Assembly: GCA_964304625.1 (NCBI GenBank)
Contig: OZ199838.1
Coordinates: 12,901,843 to 12,965,842, forward strand
Direction: 5' to 3'
Length of the DNA: 64,000 nt
DNA from: Kudoa neothunni
Lineage: Eukaryota > Animalia > Cnidaria
The stretch's first letter is position 1, and every line of letters starts with the position of its first letter. The notes below the pieces were generated by a model. The model searched no databases and had not been told where the DNA came from. It saw only the letters and a list, made by a program, of their open reading frames with translations. Both the position numbers and the translations under genes were made by a program. Positions 26,579 to 40,156 of the stretch are shown piece after piece.

Positions 26579-28982
26579 CCCTTTAAGACTGAATGGTGCC
26601 ATATGGCACCATGGCGTTGTTTTGGAAATTTCTCGGTGTGTATTAGTCTTTCTTCATAAATAAATCATATAAGGGCATTACTAATTTCCATTTTATTTTA
26701 TCAAAAAAACAAATAACCGTATTTTTTATTTTTTTATCAATAAAAATGCAAATTAAATCGATATTTTGTGTATAATAAACAGGTAATGTTTGATTGATAG
26801 AATCATATTCTTCAAATTATTATATTTTCATTAAAAAAATATATATTGGAAATTATATAAAATTTTAAAGAAAGTGTATATCGCCGTTATTAGTTCGTAA
26901 ATGTCAAGGTTTATAGTGAAGGATTAATTCGTGGTGCCATATGGCACCATTCGGCGCCCACGTTGTTGTGTCAGATTAGCATTATCATGGACTCTGATTT
27001 GGTGAAAAAGATTAGTGATAATAGGGATATTTCTGAGGAGTTAATATTACTACCTGATGCCGATATATCTGACGCTGAAAACATATCTGATGATGAAATC
27101 GAAAATTTGAAACCCGATGTTCTCTCAGATACTAGTTCTGACACGTAGGATCATAACGACCATCAATCACGATTTATAAAAAACTCATTAAATGTGGTAG
27201 ATGAAAGCGTCCTCATAAATGAGAAACTCAAAAAAGAGAATATTTTGGATCCTTATTCATATTTTAATATGTTCTTTTCCGACAAATTATTTGAATTAAT
27301 TTGTAATGAAACTAATAAGTATTACATAGAAAAAAATTCGTTGTTTCGGACTACCGTAAACAAAATAAAGTTATTCATTGGAATGCTTATAAGAATGGCC
27401 ATTATTAAACTACCTAGAATAAGGAGCTATTGGAGTGCTGAACTCAACATAACAACTATAGCTGAGAAAATGTCGAGAGATCGCTTCATGGATATGAAAA
27501 AATTCATTCATTTTTGCGATAACAATGATGTTAAATCCTGTACCCACAGGGATTATGATCGATTTTTTAAGGTGAGGCCCCTACTAGACATCATTCGAGA
27601 GGCCTGTTTGAAAACTGAACCAGACTATAATCAATGCGTGGATGAGCAGATGATTCCATTTAAAGGTAAGTCCGGCCTCAAACGATATCTGCCATCCAAA
27701 CCTACAAAATGGGGGTTTAAGGTATTTACAAGAAATGAGTCTGGTGGTATTGTCCACGACTTTTTTTTTGAAGATGGCAATTTTTCTTATGATGGCGAAA
27801 GCTCGGGTTTTCGATCCTCCGACATCGTTTTAAAATTTGCCCAGTCTATTGAAAAAGGAAACACACACCACTTATATTTTGATAATTATTTTCCAACGCT
27901 CCCGCTGCATTCGATTCTACTCAAAATGGGTCATCACTCCACGAGTACGATGAGAAGAAATCGCCTCCGTAATTGTCCTATCAGTGATGATAAGACCTTT
28001 AAAAATTGAAAAGGGGCAGTTACGAATACGCGCTATATGTAGACAAAAATTCAAAAACTAACATTGTGCGTTGGTTAGACAGCTCCGTCGTATCTGACAT
28101 CGACCGCTCACTCTATTTCTCCTATGAGCACCATCGACAGATACGATCGAAAAGAGAAAAAAGTTGTAAAAATCGATTGCCCGCATATCATCAAAATGTA
28201 GAATCGAAACATGGGTGGAGTGGATTTTTTTGATATGCTGATGGCTCTTTATCTATTGGATCATAAATCAAAAAAATGGTATAAGAGAATATTTTTGTGG
28301 GCCATTAATTTATGTATCCTTAACGAATGGCTTGTCTACAAACGCAAATGCCTGCTAAACGATATTCCTGCCAAAAATATTCTCTGTTTAATGGATTTTA
28401 GCGTTTCGGTGAGCGAGCAATTGATGCATGTGAATCAGGTGGTAAATATGATGAGGAAGAGAGGTAGGCCGTCCACATCCGATTTTGTTAACACAATAAT
28501 TCCAATGACTGCTGGGGTTTATAATCTTTCTGAGTCGAAGGTAAGTAAAAATGTACGATTTGACCAAATCTCACATTTACCAGAATGCACAATGGCCAAA
28601 GTAAGATGTAAATTTTGTGGACTGCATTCCAGAACAAAGTGTCTCAAATGCGATGTCCGCTTATGCTTAAATATAAATAGAAATTGTTTCTTAGATTATC
28701 ATATAAAAAAATAGATTTTTTATTAGGTTTATCTGTTATACGTGTATTTTTTGGGAACGACAATGTTTTTATAATTTTTCGAGAATGCTCATTGCAATTT
28801 TTGAGACCAAGGAGTCTCCGAATGGTGCCTTATGGCACCATTAAGTTTAATAGACTTCCTAATTAAATATTTCTTAAATGTTTCTTAAATTTTTATATAT
28901 ATTATTAATTTTTATTTTTTAGATATTTTGACTTTTTCAAAAAAAATATTTTCTCACTCCTTGATTTTCAGGTCTCAAAGGG
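26579..28982 (+). mobile_element. Near full-length piggyBac transposon
   Basis: TTAA TSDs (26575-26578, 28983-28986). TIRs CCCTTTAAGACTG / CCCTTTGAGACCTG. Three copies of the palindrome TGGTGCCWTATGGCACCA. Confidence 0.95.
26987..28714 (+). pseudogene. piggyBac (DDE_Tnp_1_7) transposase with 2 in-frame TAG stops and 2 frameshifts
   Basis: Acidic N-terminus; catalytic motifs CVDEQMIPFKG, LYFDNYF, MGGVDFFD; RKRGRP; C-terminal Cys-rich domain RCKFC..KCLKCDVRLC..NCFLDYH. TAG at 27146 and 28199; shifts near 28005 and 28092. Confidence 0.92.
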
Positions 28983-29575
28983 TTAACTACCCTTAGGATT
29001 TTCTTGTTAATTAAGATATATCTTATTCCAACAATCTAATATTTAGTAATGATTGTTATGACTCATTAAGACTTAATAATGGAGGTGTTATGGGTAAAAC
29101 AGATGTGTGAACGAACATTGTTGAATTGATCTTATGAAGTCATTTCTAATTCGTGATTAAATATTACAATAAATTTTATTTTTTATATTTTATTACTCAT
29201 GAAAAGATGTAAGGGAATTTGTCTTTACTCAACATTTTACTGTCCATTGTCAACATGATTGCATCTCGAACATGAAACATTATATTATCTATGTTGCGAT
29301 GTTTCTATTAGTCAAGCATAAACTTAATTTGAATAAATAACGAACACATTAATCAAAAAAATAGATGTAAGTGCCATTTTAACCAGACGCTAATCCAGAT
29401 TGCAAGGCATTTTTATCTGAAAATTACAGAAAAAAGTTGTTTTGGATTGCGGTTGCTGAAATTTCGGTTAAACGAAATTTTTTATTTATAATCTACATCA
29501 TTTTCAAATAAATTTTAAAAAATCGTTCGGACAGCGCGATTCTCTTATAAACGGGGTTCGACTGTGTATCTAAAT

Positions 29576-31642
29576 CAGGGGTCCCGAACTTTATTTTCGT
29601 CGACCCCCTTTCAGAGATTTTATTAACAACATTAGAGTATATTCATTTTTTTGACTAGAACAGTTAAAAATATGTGCAATATATTCCATTAATATTCTCT
29701 TTTAAATATATAATAAAATGTAACATTATATTAACTCCAAACAAACTTTTATTAACGATGTAATATCAAAATATATCAGAAAAGTTGTTGATATTTGTAG
29801 ATTTATGCAGATATTTTTAATCATGTCATGGAAAAAAACAACTACGTTAGAAAATTTACCAAAATTGATCTATTTTCATCATAAATCGTATTCAATTGAC
29901 TTACAAAGTTAGGTCGTTTGTGTATGATTATAGTTACATACTTTTGTACATATATAAATACAACGACAGATTTTAAGATTACATTACACACATATAGAAA
30001 AGTTAATATTTATTCATGGCTGTCTCTATCAGTTAATAAGAATATCTTTATCTTTACCCTAAGATTATGTTCCTTAGCTTGAGGTCGCTTGAGGAGTTTT
30101 TGAAGCGTCCGCAAGGGTTCAAACATCATTTTCAGATTATTATATTTATTTTAGTAGCTTTTGTAATAACGATTCAAATCAATTTTAGAAATTAGACTTA
30201 CTCTTCTTCGTCAATTATAAACTTAATATAAACTATCGTTATTGTTTTATAAACTGTTAACAACAATCAATACTGCCGATCATTAATATTTAAGAAAAAT
30301 AAAGCCAATGTATTCACTAGTTTTTATGAGCTACAAAGTATCTCTACATAAATGAAAAATATTGAATTATATATTTACGAAAGGTGGCGTTTGATTTTAA
30401 CTTAAAAATAAAAAACAAATGTCATGTGGAAATGATAATTAATGTAATTAAATAATGTAGTATGAAGTAGGAAGAAGGGAGGCATTACCTTAAGAGCCCA
30501 TAAATTCAATTGAATCTCTATAACACGTCTCGACCCCCTAGAAGTTCTCATCAGCGTTGCCAACCCAAATCGAACAAATCAGAATTTTCCGCAAAAACCG
30601 AACTACTATTTAATTATATGTATAAATATTACATTAATTTATAATGAACTCAGAAACTTCAAACTTATGACATCATTTGGTCGATTTACTGAAAAATTTC
30701 CTCATTCGAACAAGATTATCTAATGTAGAGCACAACATTCTATTCCTTCTGATGTTTTCGATAATTCTAGAAGAGAAAATGCTCTTTCCGGAGAAGCGTT
30801 AATCAGAGCTAGAGGAATTAAAGATGTGCTGTATTTTCCGGTAGAATTAAAATATATTTGCCGATAAACAATGGCCAAAAAGGCGATTGTTAATAATTTA
30901 ATAAAACAAACGTTGTTTTTGAGCCTATTCAACTCCTTTAATTTCAAACAATTGTATTACGGTATTTTTTTCGATTTTTGAATAACACATAACAACTATA
31001 TCTAGATTAGGTTTTATTTTTATGTGCAACCATTCATTCATCAAAATTAAGAAAAATTAGTCAGGTAGACAGTATTAGTTAAATTTCAATTTGTTTAGTT
31101 AATACATAAAATTATAATATTTTGAAAATTGATAACTAACACTCGTAATGATAACTTAGCATTGGATATCACCAACATCAGGGTCTTTTTTTAAATTCAA
31201 GCATTCAGAATTCAAACACAAAAATCTCTCCATAATAATTCCAAAATGGTACATGGTCACGATAAAAGTGTCTTGTCGCTAATAATGGTAAAAAAAGCAA
31301 AAATATTCGTCTTAACAGGAGCATAACATTTAAAAATGTGTTCATTTTGATAAATTTTTGGCATGTTTGTTAAGCTCAATGTTTGTATTACGTAGGATTT
31401 AAGAATTATTAAAATTTCCAATTGTATCTTGCGTTTGGTGAACATCTATTGCAGACATTTTAAGTTGAAATAAAGCATTGGTCCAAGTATAAAATTATCA
31501 ACTCGAAGATTTTTCGTGAATTTGCAATAACTCCTTATCTTTGAAATATTGTTTTGCGATTATTGAGTATTTCGAAGAACAAGAGTAAAAATTGGACACG
31601 GTTGGCAAAACTGGTTCTTATCGACCACTTTGGAGACCCCTG
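29576..31642. mobile_element. hAT (Charlie/Buster-like) non-autonomous element carrying a nested hAT
   Basis: TIRs CAGGGGTCCCGAA / TTTGGAGACCCCTG. Perfect 8-bp TSD ATCTAAAT (29568-29575 and 31643-31650) with central TA. Confidence 0.88.
30552..31613 (-). mobile_element. Deletion derivative of the hAT family seen at 5853-7949
   Basis: TIRs CAGCGTTGCCAAC / GTTGGCAAAACTG. TSD GTTCTCAT / GTTCTTAT. The same CCCAAATCG follows the TIR. Remnants LALINASPERAFS and MPKIYQNEHIF match the 5853 copy (LSLSNASTERIFS, LPKIYENKYVF). Confidence 0.85.
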
Positions 31643-32420
31643 ATCTAAATAAATGATAGGAAGACATTTACGAGACTTTTCAGAATGTACAATATTCAAA
31701 ATATTTTTCTAATTATTATTTACAGTTCTAAAGTTTTGAGACAATTTAAAAATGTCGATTGTAGAGAATATAAAATTACCAACGGATTACACCGTTTCAA
31801 AAACAGGATTAACATTCGCTTATATCAAGGTGATAATTAATTGAAGTTAAATTCCATCTTTTATACTAAATTATTATTTAATTAAACTATGTCATTAATT
31901 TATACAGATTTGCCGCGTTTATGTGTACGAAAACGTTTGTTGGAATTAGCGTATTGATTTTTATTTCAATACAAGGGAGATTAATCCGAATGATACTAAT
32001 TAATTGTCGTAAGTTCTTACCTAACTATATAGAATTAATTATATTTATGATTACCGTCGAATATTTTTAATTTCACATATCACAATCTTAAATAGTGTGA
32101 TATTTAACCAAATTTTTAATTCATTTCTTTCTTTTGGGAGTTAACACGATTTTTTAAAAATATTTTTCAAAGCATAATATTCTTAATCCCGAACTATGCA
32201 ATGAAGTGGAAGTTAGTAATTCTAATAAATATCATTATGAAATTCAAGAAATATTTTTATAACGAATAATTCTAAGCGCCTTAAAATGAATTTTGTTGAT
32301 ATCTTTAGTTGCATAGAGATTAAAGCAAAATATTATTCACAAAAATTTTAAAACTATTTAAAACCGGAATATATCAATCTTAGATCGTAAGGCTACTTTT
32401 TCTTTATATTCTCCTTAGAT

Positions 32421-32994
32421 CAGTGGTTCTCAAAATGAGTTCCACGAAAAAGGGACAGGGTTTCCACAAAGCTACAGTGAAGATCAACATTTAATCATAA
32501 CATAAGAAATTGGTATAGATCTTGTCTTATGACTCCAGTGAATTTTCACTGCTGGATAAAGCTAACTGCATTGGTGACAGCTGGCTTTTGTTGTTTAGTT
32601 ACGTACAAACGCACTTTCAAGAAGATTGTGCTGCTTTGCTCTTATCATCATTATTTCTTCTATTAAACAAATTATTTTGGCTATTTTAAATTCCTACAAT
32701 TGATCGGCGGTTAAAAAGAATAAGTAAAACATCAGCTAAAAGAGACGCAGAAATTGGTGAACATACAAATGTACGATCTGCAAGCACTATTTCCAAAAAC
32801 ACGGAATATTTTCCAATATATCGTGTGTGTTTAATAATTTCGTTATTATATGTATTTGCTTTTCCAATCTCGACAAATGTGTTATAAATAAAATATTTTT
32901 TTATAATAAATATTAACCCATTAAGATTAGTTCAACAAACCTTAATGGGTTAAATTAGATGAGTTCCACTGCAAAAAAGGTTTGAGAACTGCTG
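32421..32994. mobile_element. hAT MITE (CAGTGGTTCTCAAA-type TIR)
   Basis: TIRs CAGTGGTTCTCAAA / TTTGAGAACTGCTG. TSD CCTTAGAT / CCTTAAAT. Subterminal GAGTTCCAC near both ends. Confidence 0.85.
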
Positions 32995-33489
32995 CCTTAA
33001 ATAACCAATTTATTAAATCGTAGATGGATAATAATGATAAAAATTCCTACATTTACTATTTTAAATCTATACACACTCAGTATACGCTAGCTTTCTTTTA
33101 TTATTATGTATTAGGTTGTGAGTTCAAACAAAGTTACGCAACGCGGCCAATTAAAACACTTTTTTTGTATTTAGAGATAATTGAAACCTAATAAGTATAT
33201 ATTCAAATAAAATCTATTCTTGATAATTTTCGCCTTCAGGAATATATAATATATTAATAGGTAATCAAAACCGAAAAGACCTGAGTCTTGGAGATCTGGA
33301 CAAATTATACTCCTTATTTTCTCTCTCATTATTGTAGATTTAAATCATTAATGCGTACAATTACAAGTCCCTTATTTACAAATTCTATCTTAACTATTAT
33401 AATATCAATAAGCTGTCTAAAATATTTTCGAAGCAAACACACTATTTGAAAAGATCATTCCAAATTTATCAAGCAATAATTATAATGGT

Positions 33490-35855
33490 TTATTGGATAT
33501 AGTTGGTTGGTACAAAACCTTCCACAGTTTCATCACCTTCTTTAGAAACAAGGGTCCATCCTGACCCGTCGTCCTCTCCTAATACAATAATTTTTTCACC
33601 CGCTGAAACACTTACTTCACCTTTTTGGTTCCCTAGAATCACATTAACGTTGTCACTTTTTTCATGTCATACCAACAAAGTCGAATTGGACAACTTTTGA
33701 AATTTTGGTGTCGATTGTAGGGATTGATTCTGGTTGCGGCGGTTTTTCTATGGGAATTTCCCGCTTTGCAACTTCATCTATACTATTTTTGTTGCTACCT
33801 AGCAATAATAGGCAGACATATCTTGAAAAAATAATATACTTTTAACCGACTCGGAAATAACTACATTAGCATTTTTTACAATTTCAACCTTAGATTCATC
33901 GACGGGACTTGAATTGTTGGGGGCTGCATCAGGTTCTGCTTCTGGAGTTGGTTTGAAACTTTCATCATCTGAACTGAACTGAAGATCTGAAATTTTAAAA
34001 AAATGTAAATTAATCACGCATATAAAGATTTTCACATTGTCCAGGGGATTGTTCAGTCCTAGGTTGGGAATCTTTTAATTCAGCAATTTTTTCCTTTAAA
34101 CAACAGTAAAAATGATATATCTTAAATTAATAGGTTACCTCGCAGAATTTTACTTGTTCTTCAAATAGCTCAATTTCTGATAACGAGCTCATCATTTGTT
34201 CTTGAAGATTTTCGGAGAATCCTCCGAATTTGGAGCAACTCGAAACCATTTTCTCTAGCGCTTCCCTTAAAAGTATGTTTATGTGACTAGGGAATGAAAT
34301 ATTAGCCGATTTACTTTTTCCTAATAGCTGCATCTAGCTTGTTTCGATTTACTTCTAATAGTTTGACAGTTTGTCTGTAGGATTGTGTTTTGGTTCTTGC
34401 ATTAAAGGATTGACTGTGGCTCACGATAGCATCGTCTGTACCAATGCTTTTTCCCTTCTACACAACAAGAGTTAAAAAAATTAAATCCAATAAATTTCCC
34501 GCGAAAAGAAGGCGTCAAATTTAAATCGTGGATTAGCAATTACCACTTCATAGTTTTCATGATCGAATCGACCAACTTCATTTAATGAAGGGTTGTCTAT
34601 TCTGTCTTGTTTCGGTATAGGAAGATCGCTTTTGTATTTTTCTTGAAAGTTGAGTACGTCCTAAACAAAGAAATCGAACCAAGAAATGATCTAGATGCGA
34701 GTACTCCAGCAACATCCACAACAGAATAATCGATGGTACAATCACCGATAGTGGCGTTAATATCGGTATTGTTTTTACCGAGAATCTCTAGAAATTTATC
34801 TAAACCATTAGCAACTGCATCTGATTTCGAAAGCTCAGCTTGTTGTATTGCCTATAAATAGATAAGTCGACCTTTATACACCAAAACCAGGTACATACAT
34901 TGAGATTATCGTAGAGAATATTTTGATAATACTCTGCACTTAGTTCGATCAATTTATGGCGATATTTCTCAAATACAGCGGTAGCTTTTTCGACCGATTT
35001 CGATTTGTCTTTAAGTTCACTTTGCATTCTTTTGTATTTTTGTACGTCCTTTTTGTCGACCAAGTCAAGTTGTTTGTTGAGTGTGTCTCTTTCTAATTTT
35101 TTTGACAAAACATGCTTCCTTGCCTAAACAAGTTTCGTTTAACATTGAACTAACAACAATTAGTAATAAAATCTGGTTGGAGTGTTGAAATTAATATTCA
35201 ATGCGAAATAAACACAACATAGAAGTGTGTTATCACACAATCATTTTAATCACATAATCAATAATACATACAGCTTCTGTGGACGTTTTTACATTTTGTA
35301 CGTTCTTTCTATGTTTTTGAATCTCAGAGATTTTCTAAACAGCTCAACACATCTACTCAATGCAACATTCCAAATACTTTTTTCTCCTCCATTTCACATT
35401 CATTTATATTTTTAGAGACATCAATAAGTATATTTAAAACTCCTTCGTAAAAATCTGCATGAAATTTGCTGATATCTTCAAAATAATTGACCATTTTTGT
35501 GGTGTATTCGGCGATAGAGCTAAATTTTGGACAAACATGTTTTACAGTCTCATTAATAATCGGTTGTATGTTGTGAGCCACAAACCACAATCACCTTACC
35601 TGCTATCCACACCATTTTTGCATCTCTTATTCAGTGTATCCAGGGTGGTCTTGTTCAATTTTTGTATGCTTTTGTGATATACATTGGAACACTTACCTAT
35701 TTCTTTCAAATAGTTGGTCAACAAGGCAAATAATTCATTTTGTTCATTAAGATATCTGGCCACATCGTCAACGTTGTCCTATCACATTAGAAGTTGGAAA
35801 TTACAAGATGTATTCTAAAAACAAAAATAACCCAAAGCTTTCCTCCCCAATCCAT
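33490..35855 (-). CDS. F-BAR - HR1 - SH3 protein of the FBP17/CIP4/TOCA family, multi-exon
   Basis: Starts MDWGGKLW, intron, D (family N-terminus MxWGxELWD). Helical F-BAR exons. HR1-like EALEKMVSSCSKFGG. C-terminal SH3 GEVSVSAGEKIIVLGEDDGSGWTLVSKE..EGFVPTNYIQ*. Confidence 0.88.
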
Positions 35856-37527
35856 CTTTTATATCGATATATTTCAAACAAGAAAACACGTCGATTGGAT
35901 CCCAATGTGATAATTCACCACTAATAGGATAAGACCGAAGATACATAAAGTTATACCGGTTAACCCTCCATCAACACTTTTGTTAGATATTTATTCATAT
36001 TAATTGTTTGGGTTAATTTGTGATGTTTGATTTTTTTCCATTATTAAATTGTCTACCATCAGTAAATACACGATAATTGACAGCTACAGCGGCATTGATC
36101 CCTATCTATTATAATCCCTATAGATGGTTTTTACTGAAAGATTAAATGATAATTGTTTACGTCTTGTATAAAGTTTAATAAAGTACTAAGGATAAACAAA
36201 TTACAATAAACATTTATGTTTTATATCTTTCATATGTATTGTTATTTACATATTATTATACCTTAATATCGAACATATTTCAGCCCGACTAATGATCGAC
36301 GATCTCATTATACAAAATTATGAATTTTTTGTATATCAACTCTGAGCTGGTTTCAGCTTGTGCCAATTTTCAGTCAACAATGAATGAATGTCGGCATTCA
36401 TTGTAATAACAAACTAGTTAGTAATGGAGATTTCAACCCATTATTTTACCTTTAAATAATCAAAAACGAAACTTAACAAATTAAGTATTTTCTAAATATA
36501 TTTTATTCGAGATTTTTTTACGACAAATAAGCTTTTTATTTTGTAATTGAGACCTAACACTCTCTTGTATACAAACAACCATTCAATTATATTTCTAACA
36601 AAATAATGACGCACAGGGGGCTTAACGGATTCACCACACCTAATATTGCTATTACATCTTTACATCTTTATGTGGCGTGGAAATAATATTTTGGATTAAC
36701 TTAAACTAATTTTGTACGAATTTTCATTATTCTAATCGCAGATTAACTGATAAAGTACCGAATTTTTTTAATGTAGAATTCTTTTAACTTAACCGGATTG
36801 CATAATATTTAATCTAAAAATATTCAATGCATAAACACTCTGTGTACTCAAACACATCTTATATCACGAACGACAATCCAACATATCATGACAACTAATC
36901 CAGATTTTGAATTTTAATCTCTTTAGATAAAATCATACAAAATCAGATTTCGTTGCAACTGAGCGTATTTATTGACTCAACTCTGCTAAGTTATGCATTG
37001 CGATCCAACATTATCCCGATAAACTAGATCAGGAGATTAGTTTATTGAATATGCGCCTAATTTGATAGGCTCCTTTAACAGCTTTTCATTCCGATTTTAA
37101 ATGAAGGTTCTTATTCAAACCCTCCCTACTTATTGTGAAATAAATGGGATGGATCACTTAAAAACAATAAAGTCTAAACAAGCTACTGGATAAAATTATG
37201 CCAGGATTCGAATAAGTTTCCTGTTGAATCCAAATAGCTTTATTTAATTGAGCGTCTAATTTTCCGTTAAATTAATAAAGTTTGGTAAACACTTTTGAAG
37301 TTACCTGTTTTTTAATTTTTGTAAAATAAATAAGACAACTAACCAAAAAGAGATAAAGATGCGTGGATCAGCTTGGTTTAATCCATTGAGGTTTTCATTA
37401 ACAGAAAATTTAAAATACCCATATTATATTAGAAACCAATGTAAAAACAGTTTTATAATAAAGAATTAATAATAAATAAAATAAATACATTAATAATACG
37501 ATCGAAACTTTTGTTCATGGATAAAAA

Positions 37528-37685
37528 AAGACAGGTTATTGGCACGGTCAAATTTAATCCTAAACGAAATGCCCTACGCTTGCGCGATCGACATTTTTAA
37601 TCTCGGCAACTTTTACTTACATAATTAAATATAATCAAAACTAACCTCACCTGAATATTATTTACTCGGGCCAATAGCCACTTCC
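37528..37685. mobile_element. Small MULE-like MITE
   Basis: Right end reverse complement GGAAGTGGCTATTGGCCCGAGTAAAT versus left GGTTATTGGCACGGTCAAAT. Shares the terminal GGAAGTGGCTATT with the 38611-42181 element. Possible 9-bp TSD TGGATAAAA / TAAATAAAA. Confidence 0.5.
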
Positions 37686-40156
37686 TAAATAAAATCTTAA
37701 AATTTTTCTAAATAGTATTGGCTCTAATAATTGATTTTATATTTTATTCTTTGTGAACTGGTAAATTTTCGATATTGATACTCTTAATTAGGAATTGCGT
37801 ATGATTAATTAAGATAACAAATCTCAGTATTATAATATTCAGGTTCGAGGTGGAGTTCCTAAATGCGTGAACGTGATATTTGTTACATAACAAACACAAA
37901 TTAATTAGGACAACCATGAGAAAACCGTGGTCTTCAGAGCTCAAACTAAAAAACTTATGTCGATATACTATCTAACCCAAAAATTAGCATAGTTACTCCA
38001 TAATTTTCTTAAATTTAATTTAAATACATTTATGTTTATAATGAATTAAAAGGTTAAGATTGCGTTTTATTTGTATTACTCTTCGTAAACACGTCCATTT
38101 TTTATAAATAACGCGAACGTGTATTAACCTAACTAATACCCTGGTTTTTATGGTTCCAAAAAGGGTAAATGTGATGCATTTCACACCCATCACGCGAAGA
38201 ATCCCTAATTTGAGGGTTTTAAACATCACGAATAATGTTTTAATTATACTAAAATTAATTTATTTTAATCTTTATAATGTCACATTTTTCGTACGAATTA
38301 GAAGCACCTAATTTGGATACGTGGTTTACCTCGAAGGTAATTTTGTAATTAACATGAGATTGATGCTTCGAAAATATTTGAAATTATTTATATAACCAAA
38401 AACTCTCTTTACAGATATATTAAATTGAATAGGATAAGAATATGATGGCAACAAAATTCAATGACATATTTATTGGTGATGAAATTATTTATTTATTATA
38501 TAGTATAAATAACTATTAATATAATATTGATTTTCATACTTCGAATATATTCTTTTCTTATAATTAATTCTACGTTTATAAGTAACACACAATCCTTGAT
38601 GCATAGAGAAGGCGCTGGCTATTCTTACGACAATGAATATCTTTTTTCCTACTTTAGATATTTCAAATTTGAATTTAAAAACATATGATTACATTTTTTT
38701 CGTATAAAATTTTTAATTTTTACAAATTAATGTTTTAGTTACCTTAGTTCGTAAGTTGTGACATTATTCCTCCTTTTTAACTATTTATTACGACTAACAA
38801 TCAATTATTTTTCTATTTATAACGATGTATGTATATTAATGTCACTAGTTTAGAACAATTATGATAATTAAACTTCACTTTCTTTCATCCGAATCTATTA
38901 ATTCACGTGTCAATCCTACGGTCTGGTACGAATTAATCGTATGAAATGTTATCAATTTTATAAGATATATACATCATAATTTAGCAAATATTGATGATAT
39001 GTTTAAAAATTTTAAATAATAGACCTAGCCGATAAAATATATTCCCCATTTCATAATGAATTCTATTTAACATTAAAATATAAATCATAATACATACCCA
39101 GGGACCTATATTTGATAATTTTTATAATCCGATAATTTTTTATCAAAAATTTGTTAAAATATTATTTTTAATTTTTACTCGGAAGCCCAACAGTAGTTAA
39201 TCTGCCGCCCTTTGGTCCTCCCACAGACTTGAGTTAGGATTGAATTGATGGGTACGCAGTGGGTTACGTGTGATTCGTAATTTGAGAAAGTGTTACAAAA
39301 TTAACGTACATATAAGATTATAAAAGTTATTTATTTCCCAAAACTATTTAAAAACATTTATTTGACCGCTAAAAACATAAATAAATTAATTATGCTTTTA
39401 TGGATTATTTTGTAGGAACGTGTGGTTCGAAACTTATCAGATGCTTTGAGATTTTCGTTTTCGATTGGTGGCAAAATGGGGAGCAGAAACAAAAATTGAG
39501 TTAGGACGTCAAGAGAGAAATATGAAATAATAAAGTTTTTCAAAAACTGGCGAAGGTATAGGACGGAAGCAATATTGAAAACGACGCCAATATTAATAAT
39601 TTTATAAGTGATGGTAACTGTCACAACGATGACAAGTTTCGTAAATATGACTACAGAACACGTGGAAGTATTCTGCTCTAAATTGCCTTTCTCATTTGCC
39701 CTGATTTAAGACATTATTTGAAATATCAAGGTTGAAATAGTTATAAACATCAAACGGATGTTGAACGAGAAATATACAATATAATTGTCAGAAAACTTAA
39801 AAATATTTCAATAACTGGGTAATTTCCCACAAAAGAATTTATCATTATACAGTCAATGACCAGTTGTACGCATTTTTTAGAAAGAAACACAATTTGAGTA
39901 ATCAAATGTACAATAAATATATAATATTTTTTTAATGTTTTTTATTAAAGAATTTGGATCTATATCATATAATAAGATTTCAAAATTTCCAGATTGTTAT
40001 TTACGTGACCGTTCGGTTTTACGTACTTTTTTCGGAACGTTTTTAAAAAAAATAGAAGATTCTTGTTTAATGTTCGAAAGGATTAAATCAAATAATTACA
40101 TGAAATAATAAAATAAGTCCACAATATTTCCTCAAAAGCAGTCAAATTTGTTACTA

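Larger units (their letters stand above)
26122..29564 (-). mobile_element. Non-autonomous Tigger/pogo element interrupted by a piggyBac
   Basis: TIRs TA-CAATCGAATCCCGTTTAT and ATAAACGGGGTTCGACTG. Internal repeat CTGAAATTTCGGTTAAACGAA near both ends. The reverse complement of 29410-29480 aligns with 40203-40271, the 5' end of the Tigger that carries CENP-B-type HTH ORFs. Confidence 0.78.

Noticed and set aside
27146-28201. Two in-frame TAG codons in the piggyBac ORF as possible stop-codon reassignment
   Set aside because: Host exons do not show in-frame TAG, and TAG terminates the homeobox ORF; ordinary TE decay explains them.
36780-37300. Coding-like composition
   Set aside because: Many stops in all frames and no recognisable motif.
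37700-38350. Possible older piggyBac remnant (minus, FKTLKLGILRVMG) with short matches to 42218-43330
   Set aside because: Too degraded and no ends found.
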